Assembly: GCA_965243615.1 (NCBI GenBank)
Contig: CBDEVO010000003.1
Coordinates: 2,690,701-2,754,700, forward strand
Direction of reading: 5' to 3'
Source of the DNA: Vicinamibacterales bacterium
Lineage (GTDB): Bacteria > Acidobacteriota > Vicinamibacteria > Vicinamibacterales > UBA8438
DNA: 64,000 nucleotides
Each line of letters opens with the position of its first letter. Within the stretch, counting starts at the first letter, position 1. A program made the translations under genes and the position numbers. Positions 36,628-45,969 of the stretch are shown piece after piece. Under the pieces are notes generated by a model. It was not told the DNA's origin and searched no databases. It saw only the letters and a list, made by a program, of their open reading frames with translations.

Positions 36628-37518
36628 TCAGAAACCGTCGGTCAACTCCGACACATTCATGCCCGCCGCCTTCTTCAGGCGCTCGATCAGCTTCCGGTGA
36701 ATCCGGGCGGGGTCGCCACCGTTGGTCACCACCGCGAGCTCCGAGATGCACGTGGCGTGCATACCGCAGAGGACGAAGTCGTTCATGCCCCGGGCGCCGA
36801 GGAAGTGCGCGCTGGCGAGCAGCGAGGCGGCGTCGATGACGACCCCGTAGGCGCTCCTGCCGATCCGCTCCTTCACCTCGTCGGCGAGTATGGCCCAGTT
36901 GTTCTCGGTGAACCGCTTCATCGCCTCGTCGTTCGCGGTGCGGTGGCACCGGAACTCCTCGTCCGAGGTGATGCCCCATGCGTTCTCGGTCCAGTTCCCG
37001 GCGGCGTCCTTGAAGCCGATGTCCCGCAGGGCGGCCCGGGTCATCTGGTAGTAGCCGATGGCCGTGCTGTTCGACGGGCTGAGGCCGCAGCCCGTCGATT
37101 CGTGCCGCCTCGCCAAGTCCAGGTAGTCCCGCACGCCGGCGTTGTTCGCCGCGGCGACAGCGGTGGCGCTCACGAGGCCGGCCAGCGCGGCGGCTGCGCC
37201 GTGCGCATTGGCATCGGCACCCCGCGCGCGAGGGCCTCGACCGTGGCCAGGCTTCCGGCGCGGGTCGCGGTCATCAGCACCTCGTCTCGCCTCCCCGCCG
37301 TCTCGAGGTCGTCGTGGTACGTCGCCCAGTGGAGGGCGATCATGCCGTCGACCCTGCGCCGCGTTGACGTCGGCGCCCCCCGCGTGCAGCAGGGTGCGGA
37401 CCAGCGCGGCGTTCCCCTCCTGGGCCGCGGCGGCGAACGGGGCCTCGCCGGCCGCCCACGCGGCTCCGGCCAGTCCCAGCGCCAGCACCGACGGTCGGGC
37501 GATTCGTCCTGGTTGCAT
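36628..37518 (-). CDS. Secreted ankyrin-repeat protein with uncharacterised C-terminal domain (E-S..G-Y-Y-Q motif, possibly lysozyme/transglycosylase-like); ankyrin region out of frame
   Basis: Signal MQPGRIARPSVLALGLAGAAWA. ANK: AAQEGNAALVRTLLHAGGADVNAAQG. The next repeat DGMIALHWATYHDDLETA is readable only in the +1 frame (about 37352-37225). C-terminal domain: RRHESTGCGLSPSNSTAIGYYQMT. Confidence 0.55.
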   Translation of the reverse strand: MQPGRIARPSVLALGLAGAAWAAGEAPFAAAAQEGNAALVRTLLHAGGADVNAAQGRRHDRPPLGDVPRRPRDGGEARRGADDRDPRRKPGHGRGPRARGADANAHGAAAALAGLVSATAVAAANNAGVRDYLDLARRHESTGCGLSPSNSTAIGYYQMTRAALRDIGFKDAAGNWTENAWGITSDEEFRCHRTANDEAMKRFTENNWAILADEVKERIGRSAYGVVIDAASLLASAHFLGARGMNDFVLCGMHATCISELAVVTNGGDPARIHRKLIERLKKAAGMNVSELTDGF

Positions 37519-38296
37519 CCGGATTCTCTCCTGGCCCGGCGACCTCCGCCTCGGCGCCGATCGCCGCCGGCCCCCGATTGATATCGACCGTTGCGTTACA
37601 CCGCGACAGGGGCGAAGAGCGTGTCGAAGGTGCCGGTGCTGTCGCCGAACTGGGTCGAGCTCCACCCCCATCCGGTCGAGCAGGGTGAAGCGCAGGTTGG
37701 CCAGCGGCTTGTCGGTCTTCGTAGCCGATGTGGCGGCCGCGGCCAGCTCAGCAGGCCGTCCACCACGACGAGCGCTCGATGCCGGCCCTCGCCGACCGGA
37801 GGTCCTGCGCCGGCGCGGCCGCCTGACGGCCGGGGAGCGGTCGGGCCCTCTTCGCGATGGAGGACTCCCTCTATGGCTGCTACCTGCGCGTGGGCGATCC
37901 CGGGCCGTGGGCGGGCGGGTCCTTGGGCGGGCGTCGCCCGCCTCGAGATGCCGTCAGGCATCGGCCGCGCCGGCGCGGTCGATGCGGCCGACCAGGCCGC
38001 GGGCTGGCTGCCGGGCTTCGCGTCGGCGCTGCACCGGGACGCGCGGGCCCCGGTGAACCTGACGCCGATCGCGGGTCTCGAACAGCACCTGCATCGCCGC
38101 CAAGGCGCCGCGCGCCTCGCGTTGCGCGCGGCGCCCAGGGGTTCACCATTGCGTCGACCTGCTCGGGTGCGGGGGCGTCTCGCGGTTCTGCTCGGCCGCG
38201 ACCGCCGCGGTCATGGCCTCGCGGTCCTCAACGGCGGCCGGGGACGCAGGCGCCGTCGCATCCCCGGCCGCCCCCGTCGGGCGGCCCGCCGCCGGA

Positions 38297-39376
38297 TCAG
38301 GCGCTGTCGGCCGCGAGCGCACCGCGCAGGGCGTCCAGCTTCGCCGCGTTGAACCGTTGCGCGATCTCCGTGTCGGCGGCCAGACCGTCGAACCCGTGGA
38401 AGGCGCCGGGAACCACCAGGAGCTGCGTCGGCACGCCCGCCTCGATCAGCCGCCGCGCGTACTCGATGTCCTCAAGGACGAACAGGTCGATCCCGCCCAC
38501 GCCGATGAACGCGGGCGGCAGGCCCTCCACGCTGGCGACGCGGGCCGGCACACCGGCGCTCGGCACCGACGCGCCGCCCGCCTCCTGGCCGAGGAAGGCG
38601 CTCCAGCCGAACCGGTTCGCGGTGGCGTTCCACGTGATGCGGCCCATCTGCGGCGGCACCTCGCGCGTGCTCCCGGTCCGATCGTCCAGCATCGGATAGA
38701 CGAGGAGCTGGAACGCCAGCGGCACCTCGCCCCGGTCGCGGGCCGCGATGGCCAGGAGGGCGGCATGCCCGCCGCCGGCGCTCTCGCCCATCACGGCCAG
38801 ACGGTCGGGATCCACGCCCACCTCGTCCGCGTGCTGGTAGAGCCACAGCAGACTGGCATAGTTGTCCTCGACGGACCCCGCGTAGGTCGTCTCCGGCGCC
38901 AGCCGGTACTCGACGGTGACGACGCCGCAATCGAGCGCCGCGGCAACCTCCTGGAGAGGACGCACGCTCGCAGAGGCCGACCCGGCGACGTAGCCGCCGC
39001 CGTGCGCGTGGAGGATGCCGGGCCGGCTCGCGCCGGGCTTCGCGTTGATGATGTAAACCTCGACGTCCGGCTCACCGGCCGAACCTGGGACGGTCCGCCT
39101 CTCGACCGGCGGAGCCTCCAGGGGCGGCGGCGTCAAGGCATCCGCCGCTCCCCGCATCGTCGGCAGCGTGTCCGCCGTAATCGCGGACAGCGCCTGGCCC
39201 AACGGCTGCGCCTGGCGCGCGGCGGCGCGCAGCTCGGGGTGGACGAACGAAAGCGGGTCCGCGTCGGACGAGGCCTGCGGCAACGCCGCCAGCGCGGAGC
39301 GGGCGCTGGAAAGAGCCAGGAGTCCCGGCATTGTCATCCCCGCGAGCATGAGCTCACGGCGTGTCAGTTCGGTCAT
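38297..39376 (-). CDS. Alpha/beta hydrolase (esterase/lipase, HSL-type) with Tat-like signal
   Basis: AAGGAG Shine-Dalgarno. MTELTRRELMLAGMTMPGLLAL. HAHGGGY oxyanion motif, GESAGG nucleophile elbow, C-terminal ..PGAFHGF. Confidence 0.9.
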   Translation of the reverse strand: MTELTRRELMLAGMTMPGLLALSSARSALAALPQASSDADPLSFVHPELRAAARQAQPLGQALSAITADTLPTMRGAADALTPPPLEAPPVERRTVPGSAGEPDVEVYIINAKPGASRPGILHAHGGGYVAGSASASVRPLQEVAAALDCGVVTVEYRLAPETTYAGSVEDNYASLLWLYQHADEVGVDPDRLAVMGESAGGGHAALLAIAARDRGEVPLAFQLLVYPMLDDRTGSTREVPPQMGRITWNATANRFGWSAFLGQEAGGASVPSAGVPARVASVEGLPPAFIGVGGIDLFVLEDIEYARRLIEAGVPTQLLVVPGAFHGFDGLAADTEIAQRFNAAKLDALRGALAADSA

Positions 39377-39569
39377 TGCGTTCTCCTTAGTCCCTGTCGG
39401 GCGTCGGCGGCTTGCGCGGCCGCCCGCCTGTTGATCCACGACGAACCCGGCCGTAACGATAGATTGTAGGCTATGCTGACCGTGTTCTTGTTCGGGGGAT
39501 GTCCCGCTGGCGGTTGGATTTCGCGGGTGACGGACTCCGTACCTGACGAGTTAAACTGTTCGACGTCGC

Positions 39570-39960
39570 GGTGTTGTTCACCTGCGGGACGCGTTCCGCG
39601 TCGGCGACGTCTGGCTGGCGTGGTCGCGCCGCTACGGCGACATCCGAAAGGCGCTGCTGTCGGCTCCCGGCTTCGCTGATGCCAACCGCAGCCTGCCGGT
39701 CCCGGCCAGTCTGCACGACTGGCTCGCCGAGCGCCGGTCCGCCCTCGACGAGGGCTTGCGCCGGCTGGCCGTTGCGGCGTGGGCCGGTGCGTTCGCCGGC
39801 GGGGGAGCATCGAAGACAGCGTGCTTCGCGTCGAGAGGACGGAAGCCGCCGTGCCGGACGCGGCCGCTGACACCCGGCCGCCGACCTCTACCGGCGGCTG
39901 CCCGAGGCGCGGATCACGGACATCCTCCTCGAGGTGGACGACGCCGATCGAACGTCGAGG
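39570..39960 (+). pseudogene. Tn3-family transposase, internal fragment with at least 2 frameshifts
   Basis: Across three frames: LRDAFRVGDVWLAWSRRYGDIRKALL..LHDWLAERRSALDEGLRRLA / IEDSVLRVERTEAAVPDAA / LYRRLPEARITDILLEVDDA. Confidence 0.7.
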
Positions 39961-40460
39961 CGGCGCGGCGACTGCACCGGCTGCTGCGCGAACGGCTCGC
40001 GCCTCTCCGCTGACCTCGGCCCGAACTCGATCCGGGACGGGTACTCGTACGCGCCGCCGAGGGTGAAGTCAGCGGCTGCCGGTATCAGGGCCGCGAGAAG
40101 GCCCATCCGAATGCTCCCTTCCGGATCCTCCTCTCCGGGGAACTGGGGGTAGACGCCGTAGCCGAGGAAGAACGCGGCCACCAGATCCAACCACATCCAC
40201 TTGCTCAGGCTGTTCCCCAGCTGCCTGTACTCCGAGTTGCCCTGTTGATCGACGACGCGAACCTGGGGACTCGCGGCGCGGCGAGTCATGACGAACTCGG
40301 TCGGCGTGGTGCCGGCCGGCTCGCTGGCGACGAAGACCTCGGCGCCCGGCGGCTCCGACAGCACCTGGATGCGTTGCGAGGTGCCATTGATCATGGTCGC
40401 GCAGCCCGCCATCGACAGCATGGCGCTGGCGACCCCGATGAAATGCAGGCTCTTCAACAC
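39888..40460 (-). CDS. Lipoprotein (PEGA-like N-terminal region); 3' end runs into the Tn3 remnant
   Basis: GTG start. MLKSLHFIGVASAMLSMAGC lipobox. ..IQVLSEPPGAEVFVASEPAGTTP. The Arg/Ser-rich tail looks non-native. Confidence 0.6.
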   Translation of the reverse strand: MLKSLHFIGVASAMLSMAGCATMINGTSQRIQVLSEPPGAEVFVASEPAGTTPTEFVMTRRAASPQVRVVDQQGNSEYRQLGNSLSKWMWLDLVAAFFLGYGVYPQFPGEEDPEGSIRMGLLAALIPAAADFTLGGAYEYPSRIEFGPRSAERREPFAQQPVQSPRRLDVRSASSTSRRMSVIRASGSRR

Positions 40461-40516
40461 GGGTCTGCTCCTCTACCGGATGCGCATGGCGAGCCCGTTC
40501 CGCTGGAAGCCGGGCT

Positions 40517-42615
40517 CGATAGCCCAAGTTTACCAAGTTGACCGGCCATTTTGACGATTTTGGCCCTATTTCGGGGTTGTCGTGTCTGTAAGTTGTTGAT
40601 TATAAAGGACCGGGGCCTGAGAAAACGCGATGTAGTGCCATAATTTTATATAACGGGTTGACTTCGGCAGGGGCGCCCGATATCGTGGCCATCGTGTTCA
40701 TTCGCCGCACTCAGACACGGCGCACACACGACGGAAAGCCCTACTTCGCCCATCGCCTCGTCCACAGCGAGCGCGTCGGAAACAATGTCCGGCAGCGCAC
40801 CCTGCTCAATCTCGGGCGCCATTTCGACATCCCCCAGGCCCAATGGCCGCAGTTGTGCGCCCGCATCGAAGACCTCTTGTCCGGTCAGGCGCTCCTCGTC
40901 GCCGAGGGCCCGCGCGCCGTCGAACACGAAGCCCAGCGCATCGCCGCGCACTTGGTTGCCCGCGGCGCGCCGGTGAGCGGCGCGGCGGCCGGACCGGTCG
41001 ACGTACAGCGCGTCGATGTCGATTCCCTGCGTCTGGTCCGCCCGCGCAGTGTCGGGGTCGAGCAGGTCGGCCTGTGGGCCCTTGAGCAATTGGGGCTGCC
41101 GGCCCTGCTCGCCGACCTCGGCGTCAACGGCGCCCTGCGCGCAGCCGCGGCCGGCGTCATCGTCGGCCGTCTCGCCCAGCCCGCCTCGGAGCGGGCGACC
41201 CACCGCTGGCTGGCTGAGCGCAGCGGCCTCGGGGAGTTGCTCGGCGTCGACTTCGAGACCGTCGGCGCGATGCAGCTCTACCGCGCCTCGGACGCGCTGG
41301 TGAAGCACCGCGAGGCGATCGAGGCGCATCTGTTCGACCGCGCGATGGGGCTGTTCGACATCCAGCCGACGGTGACCCTCTACGACCTGACCAACACCTA
41401 CTTCGAAGGCGAGGCGGGCGAGCAGCCGCAGGCGCAGCGCGGGCACTCGAAGGAGAAGCGCAGCGACTGCCCGCTGCTGACCCTGGGCCTCATGCTCGAC
41501 GCCAGCGGCTTCGTGCGCCGCTCCAAGGTCTTCGCCGGCAACGTCCGGGAACAGCGCACGCTGGCCGGCATGCTCGGGGCGCTCGGGGCGCCACCCGGCG
41601 CCCTCGTGGTCATGGACCGCGGCGTCGCCACCGAAGCCTGCATCCAGTGGTTGCGCGACCACGACTACCGCTACCTGGTCGTCAGCCGCGAACGTCACCG
41701 TCAATTCGACGCCGCGGCCGCCGTCTCGCTCCGGACCCGGTCCAACCAGACCGTGCACCTGCAGAAGGTGGTCTCGACCGACCCCGACGAGGTCCGCCTG
41801 TACTGCTACTCCGAAGAACGGGCCGAGAAGGAGCGGGGCATCGTCGAGCGTTTCGCCGCCCGCTTCGAGGCGGCCCTGACCCAGCTCCACGAAGGGCTGG
41901 CGCGGCCCCGCGCCCACAAGCGGCTCAACCAGGTGTGGCAGCGCATCGGGCGGCTGAAGACGAAGCACGCCCGCGTCGCCTCGCACTACCAGATCGAGGT
42001 CACCGCCGACGAGACCGGCGAGAAGGCGGTCGCCGTCACCTGGACCCGCCGTCCCCGGGACGGCTCAATGGTCACTCACCCGGGGGTTTACTGCCTGCGC
42101 AGCAGCGAGACCGAGTGGGACGAAGACGCCCTGTGGCGCACCTACACCACCCTCACCGACGTGGAGGCCGTGTTCCGCTCGCTCAAATCCGAGCTCGGCC
42201 TGCGCCCCATCTACCACCACAAGCCGCGCCGGGCCGACGGCCACCTGTTCATCACCGTCATCGCCTACCAACTCGTGCAGGTCATCCGCACCCGCCTGCG
42301 CGCACACGGCAACGCCGCCAGTTGGACGACGTTGCGCCGCATCCTGGACGGCCAGCACCGCGTCACCGCCACGTTCCGGCGTCCTGACGGGCGCACGCTG
42401 CACGTGCGCACGGCCACGCAAGCCGAACCCGGGCAGCGGGAACTCTACGACGCGCTCGGCGTCGACCCCCACCCCGGGGGCGTCCGCAAGACCGTCGTCT
42501 GACCGCCCCCCTCACCGGTTTGGTGCACGTTTGTAGTGCCACTCGGCGATTCTTGTCGCCGTAAGCCCTTTACTTGCAACAGGTTGGTTTTAGGGTTGGT
42601 AAACTCGGGATAGCG
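40517..42615 (+). mobile_element. IS1634-family (IS4-related) insertion sequence, ~2.1 kb
   Basis: Imperfect terminal inverted repeats: CGATAGCCCAAGTTTACCAAG (40517-40537) versus the reverse complement of 42595-42615, CGCTATCCCGAGTTTACCAAC (17/21). AT-rich promoter region and a single DDE transposase ORF. Confidence 0.75.
40658..42502 (+). CDS. IS1634-family DDE transposase
   Basis: TLYDLTNTYFEGEAGEQPQAQRGHSKEKRSDCPLLTLGLMLD..VVMDRGVATEACIQWLRDHDYRYLV..YTTLTDVEAVFRSLKSELGLRPIYH. Confidence 0.9.
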   Translation: MTSAGAPDIVAIVFIRRTQTRRTHDGKPYFAHRLVHSERVGNNVRQRTLLNLGRHFDIPQAQWPQLCARIEDLLSGQALLVAEGPRAVEHEAQRIAAHLVARGAPVSGAAAGPVDVQRVDVDSLRLVRPRSVGVEQVGLWALEQLGLPALLADLGVNGALRAAAAGVIVGRLAQPASERATHRWLAERSGLGELLGVDFETVGAMQLYRASDALVKHREAIEAHLFDRAMGLFDIQPTVTLYDLTNTYFEGEAGEQPQAQRGHSKEKRSDCPLLTLGLMLDASGFVRRSKVFAGNVREQRTLAGMLGALGAPPGALVVMDRGVATEACIQWLRDHDYRYLVVSRERHRQFDAAAAVSLRTRSNQTVHLQKVVSTDPDEVRLYCYSEERAEKERGIVERFAARFEAALTQLHEGLARPRAHKRLNQVWQRIGRLKTKHARVASHYQIEVTADETGEKAVAVTWTRRPRDGSMVTHPGVYCLRSSETEWDEDALWRTYTTLTDVEAVFRSLKSELGLRPIYHHKPRRADGHLFITVIAYQLVQVIRTRLRAHGNAASWTTLRRILDGQHRVTATFRRPDGRTLHVRTATQAEPGQRELYDALGVDPHPGGVRKTVV

Positions 42616-43008
42616 GTGAAGGAGAACACGTTCGACACGCGACCGTCGACGTCCGCCCGAAATGCGATCGGCGTGTCCGGGGTCAGCCCTCGGATGACGA
42701 ACACGCCGTTCCATCCGGTGGCCTGGAATCGCCATCCAGGGGCTCTGAGGGCCCCAGCGGTCGGGAACCAGGCCGCGCTACCGCGCCGCCGCGCGGTCGC
42801 CGGTCAGCACCGGGGCGAGGGAAGTCGCCGCTCGTCGCTGCCGCCGTGCCTCCTCCAGATCCCGCCACCCCAGACCCACAATCCCAACCAGGGGGGCGCC
42901 GGCGACGAACCCGGCGAGGACCGCCGTTCGGCGCCCCACACGAGCGTGATGGAGACGAACAGCGATTGAGAACGTGGCGACATTTTCCTGTCGGCCCGGC
43001 GGGCTCCG

Positions 43009-43581
43009 TCACCACGAGACCGACAGGGCGGCCCCGGCATGCTCCCTCGACACCAGCGGCCTGAGCACTGCACGCCGCTTCCCTGTCGAGGCCCGGTAGA
43101 GATCCGTCATCCCCATGTGGCGACCGTCAATGCTGGCTCCGATCAAGCCCCCTGCTGTGCCGACCGCGCCCGTGAGCAGCCCAAACCCGGCAAGTCCGGC
43201 TCCGCCCCCACTCGGCAGTTCTCCCTCGTGGTGCGCTATCAGCACGAACATCACCAACAGCGGCGCCGCACCCACCGCGAACCCTATGGCGAAGCCGTCC
43301 CGTGTGGGATCCTCCCAGTGCTGGCGGATGCGCAGGACGCGGGACTCGTCGAGCTCGACCCGGCGCCCGCTGACGACCACGCTCAGTGAGGACCCCGAGA
43401 CGTCGAGGGCCCGGCCCATGACCACCTCCTCCTCGGGGCCGTGCGTGACCACGACGTCTTTCCCGAGTTCGATCAGCTCCGCGAGTTCGCGGAACGAGTC
43501 GGCGGGCTGCGCTCCCGCCGAGCCCGCCAACAATGCAAGCAGAATCCACGCGCCCGATCTCACCGCACTCATGGGGTGCAC
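43009..43581 (-). CDS. Hypothetical secreted/membrane protein with glycine-zipper region
   Basis: Signal MSAVRSGAWILLALLAGSAGAQP. GFAIGFAVGAAPLLV..GAGLAGFGLLTGAVGTAGGLIGASIDG. Confidence 0.55.
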   Translation of the reverse strand: MHPMSAVRSGAWILLALLAGSAGAQPADSFRELAELIELGKDVVVTHGPEEEVVMGRALDVSGSSLSVVVSGRRVELDESRVLRIRQHWEDPTRDGFAIGFAVGAAPLLVMFVLIAHHEGELPSGGGAGLAGFGLLTGAVGTAGGLIGASIDGRHMGMTDLYRASTGKRRAVLRPLVSREHAGAALSVSW

Positions 43582-44169
43582 CTCCTACCCCGGAGTGCGC
43601 GAACGACGAGCGAGACGGCTCAAGATCGGGTCGCTCAGTCCCCGAACCCGATGATGACGCGGGCGGACCGCGTGAACCCGCTCACATACGTGCGGTTCAC
43701 GATGAAGAGCAGGTCGGCCGCCACGCGGACCACGACCGTGCCTGTCCTCAGCCGTGATCGCCGGCCGGCCGCCGGTAGCCGGCGAGGACGCGCCGTCCCC
43801 CCCAAGCCCATCACGGTTGTATGGCCGACGCTCGACGAGGTAAGGCGGCGACGGCGCTGTCCTCGAGCGACCGGGTCGTCGAGCCAGGCGTCGACGCGGT
43901 TCGCGGCGGGTTGTGATGGCGGGCCCGAGCTCGCGGTCCGGCGTGATCAAGACGATGAGACCAGGCTGGCTAGTAGCCTAGACGGCCCCTCTCCCCGACG
44001 AAGCACCGTCATGCGTGCGCTGTCACGGGCAACCGTGACAATCACCGAATACCAGCGTGACTCGTCGTCGAAGCGCCCTCGATCGTTCGTCGTCTCGGCG
44101 GCCCGCTCTCGGGCTGACGCCGGTGGCGCCCGCCGACGCCGCCAGCGGCGTCAACCCGCTCGGGGCATT

Positions 44170-44381
44170 GACGAACGTCGGGGTGTTGACAACAGGTCAT
44201 TCCATAACAGCGCTAGCCCGGCGGCTACAGCCGTGTGCGGGACTACGTCCGGGCGGTTCGTCCCCGCGAGGCGCCCGAACCGGTGGTGCCGTTCGAGACG
44301 CCGGGGGGGCGTCAGGGCCAGGTTGACTTCGCGACGTTCACCCTGCCGTGCGGCCGCCGGCCCGCCCTGGTGGCCGGTTAG
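44170..44381 (+). pseudogene. IS21-family transposase (IstA) N-terminal fragment, frameshifted and truncated
   Basis: RVRDYVRAVRPREAPEPVVPFETPGGRQGQVDFATFTLPCGRRPALVAG*. An HTH-like SITALARRL is upstream in another frame. Confidence 0.65.
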
Positions 44382-44597
44382 GGTTAGGCCGGAAGCAAGC
44401 TTCCGGCCGCAACAAGGCGGCGGCCCGTTAGCTGAGTGGAAGGTCTTGCGAACGAGGAAACGCTCATATAGGGCACAGGCGGGGGGCGGTGTCGGAGATG
44501 CAATCGACCCCTCATGTGAACCTGGACCCCTTGCCCGTCGCCCCCGTCCACCCGGCCGCCTGTCGAAGACAGGCGGCCGGGACGGATGAATTTCGCG

Positions 44598-45130
44598 CTA
44601 TGCACTCGACCGAAAGCCGTGAACGTCCGCATCCGTACCCGTCGCTCTCCGTAGCGCCTTGATCAAGGTGTCGCCGTTGAGCAGCCGCCCGCCCACGCCA
44701 GGGAAGATCAACGAATCGGCCGCGCCGTCAGAATGCGCTCTCATGCCCTCGAGAACGGCCACAGCCGCATCCGACAACGGCACCCGATGTTCCCGCCCCG
44801 GCCTTCATCCGTGATGCCGGTACGCGCCACTCCCGTGCCTCGAGGTCGACCTCGCCCCACATCGCCCCGCGCGCCTCGCCGGACCGTACGGCCGTCAGCA
44901 GCAGCGACTCGAACGCCAGCTTGACCGCCGGCGCCGTCGACTGCACGACTCTGAAGCCGTGCACCACGCCCGGCAAGCAGCAGATCGGCGATGTCGATCG
45001 GTTGCGTGCGGAACGGCTTCGCGGCCTCGACCGTTGCGTGAGCGCCCCGGAGATCGAAACCGGCGGCCTTGCCGGCGTTCGTAATCGCGTTGACCACCGA
45101 GACGCAGACCTGCCGGCGGACCGAACGCAG
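44598..45130 (-). pseudogene. Tyrosine integrase remnant (second, P4-type catalytic domain), frameshifted and 3'-truncated
   Basis: LAFESLLLTAVRSGEARGAMWGEVDLEAREWRVPASRMKAG / (frame change) VPLSDAAVAVLEGMR..DADVHGFRSSA*. The terminal Tyr region is missing. Paralogous to the integrase at 52865-54007. Confidence 0.75.
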
Positions 45131-45156
45131 GCCGCGCGGCTCGCGGCGGAAGCCGG

Positions 45157-45969
45157 CTATCGTCCCGGTTCGCCAGCCGCCGGGTCAAGCCGGGCGCAGG
45201 CCTCATCCATGTGCCGTTGCGTGCGCGACACCGAACGACTGTCGGGATACAGATCGGCTGGAAGCGGCATGTCGCAACGCAGAAAGGCGAGCAACTCTTC
45301 GGATCGCTGCAGGAGGGTCTCGACGCCGTCGAGGAGGTAAGGCGGTTCGTCGAGACACCGGACGGCGAACCGCGGATCGATGCGCAGGGTGCCGGCCACG
45401 CGCGGCCCGGCGGAATCGTCGACATCGTCGACCAGGACGACGTTGTCGTCGTGCAGAGAGACGGGGTGCTCCTGCACGTAGACGGTTGCACTCTCCGGTT
45501 CGAACCGGAGCTCCAAGCGCACTCTCCCCTGGTGAATACTGACCGACGAGCCGAGGCGACCGCCAGCCGGCACGCCGCCCGCCGCCGGACGTGACGCGTC
45601 CCGGCCGGGCCGTGGGTAGAAGGCGCCGCTGTCGAAGGACACCGATGAGCCACCGCCGGGGCCCGGCTCGAGAAACCACCCCGGGGTCCCGCGCCAGAGA
45701 ACGAGCACCTCCAGCATCGCGGAAGACTCCCGGTTCTCCCCGCCCGCAGGGGCCACCTGCGGAGGCGACGCTACCGGTGAGCGCAACGGCTCCAGGCCGG
45801 CCGAGCAGTTGACCGGCTCGTGCTGTTGAGCGAACCAGCTGGCCCCGACCGACGGCGAGAGCTGACGCCATGCGGTGTCCGCGAACGCCGCCGGTCGGTT
45901 GGGCGGTGACGAACAGCCCGGAGCTGCCAGGAGGAACGCGGCAATGAAGACGGCCTCGGCGACCCGCAT
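45157..45969 (-). CDS. Hypothetical lipoprotein
   Basis: Start at ATG 45969 gives MRVAEAVFIAAFLLAAPGCSSPP. GC3-rich. No recognisable domain. Confidence 0.55.
   Translation of the reverse strand: MRVAEAVFIAAFLLAAPGCSSPPNRPAAFADTAWRQLSPSVGASWFAQQHEPVNCSAGLEPLRSPVASPPQVAPAGGENRESSAMLEVLVLWRGTPGWFLEPGPGGGSSVSFDSGAFYPRPGRDASRPAAGGVPAGGRLGSSVSIHQGRVRLELRFEPESATVYVQEHPVSLHDDNVVLVDDVDDSAGPRVAGTLRIDPRFAVRCLDEPPYLLDGVETLLQRSEELLAFLRCDMPLPADLYPDSRSVSRTQRHMDEACARLDPAAGEPGR

Noticed and set aside
44240-44275. tRNA-like T-arm (GGTTCGTCCCC) as a possible former integration target
   Set aside because: No complementary 5-bp T-stem, acceptor stem or anticodon arm could be folded. The sequence is part of the IstA fragment reading frame (RAVRPRE).
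44340-44380. Third copy of the att core (CGCCCTGGTGGCC) that would mark an internal island boundary
   Set aside because: Only about 8 of 13 positions match. It lies inside the IS21 IstA fragment coding sequence (..RRPALVAG), so the resemblance is probably coincidental.
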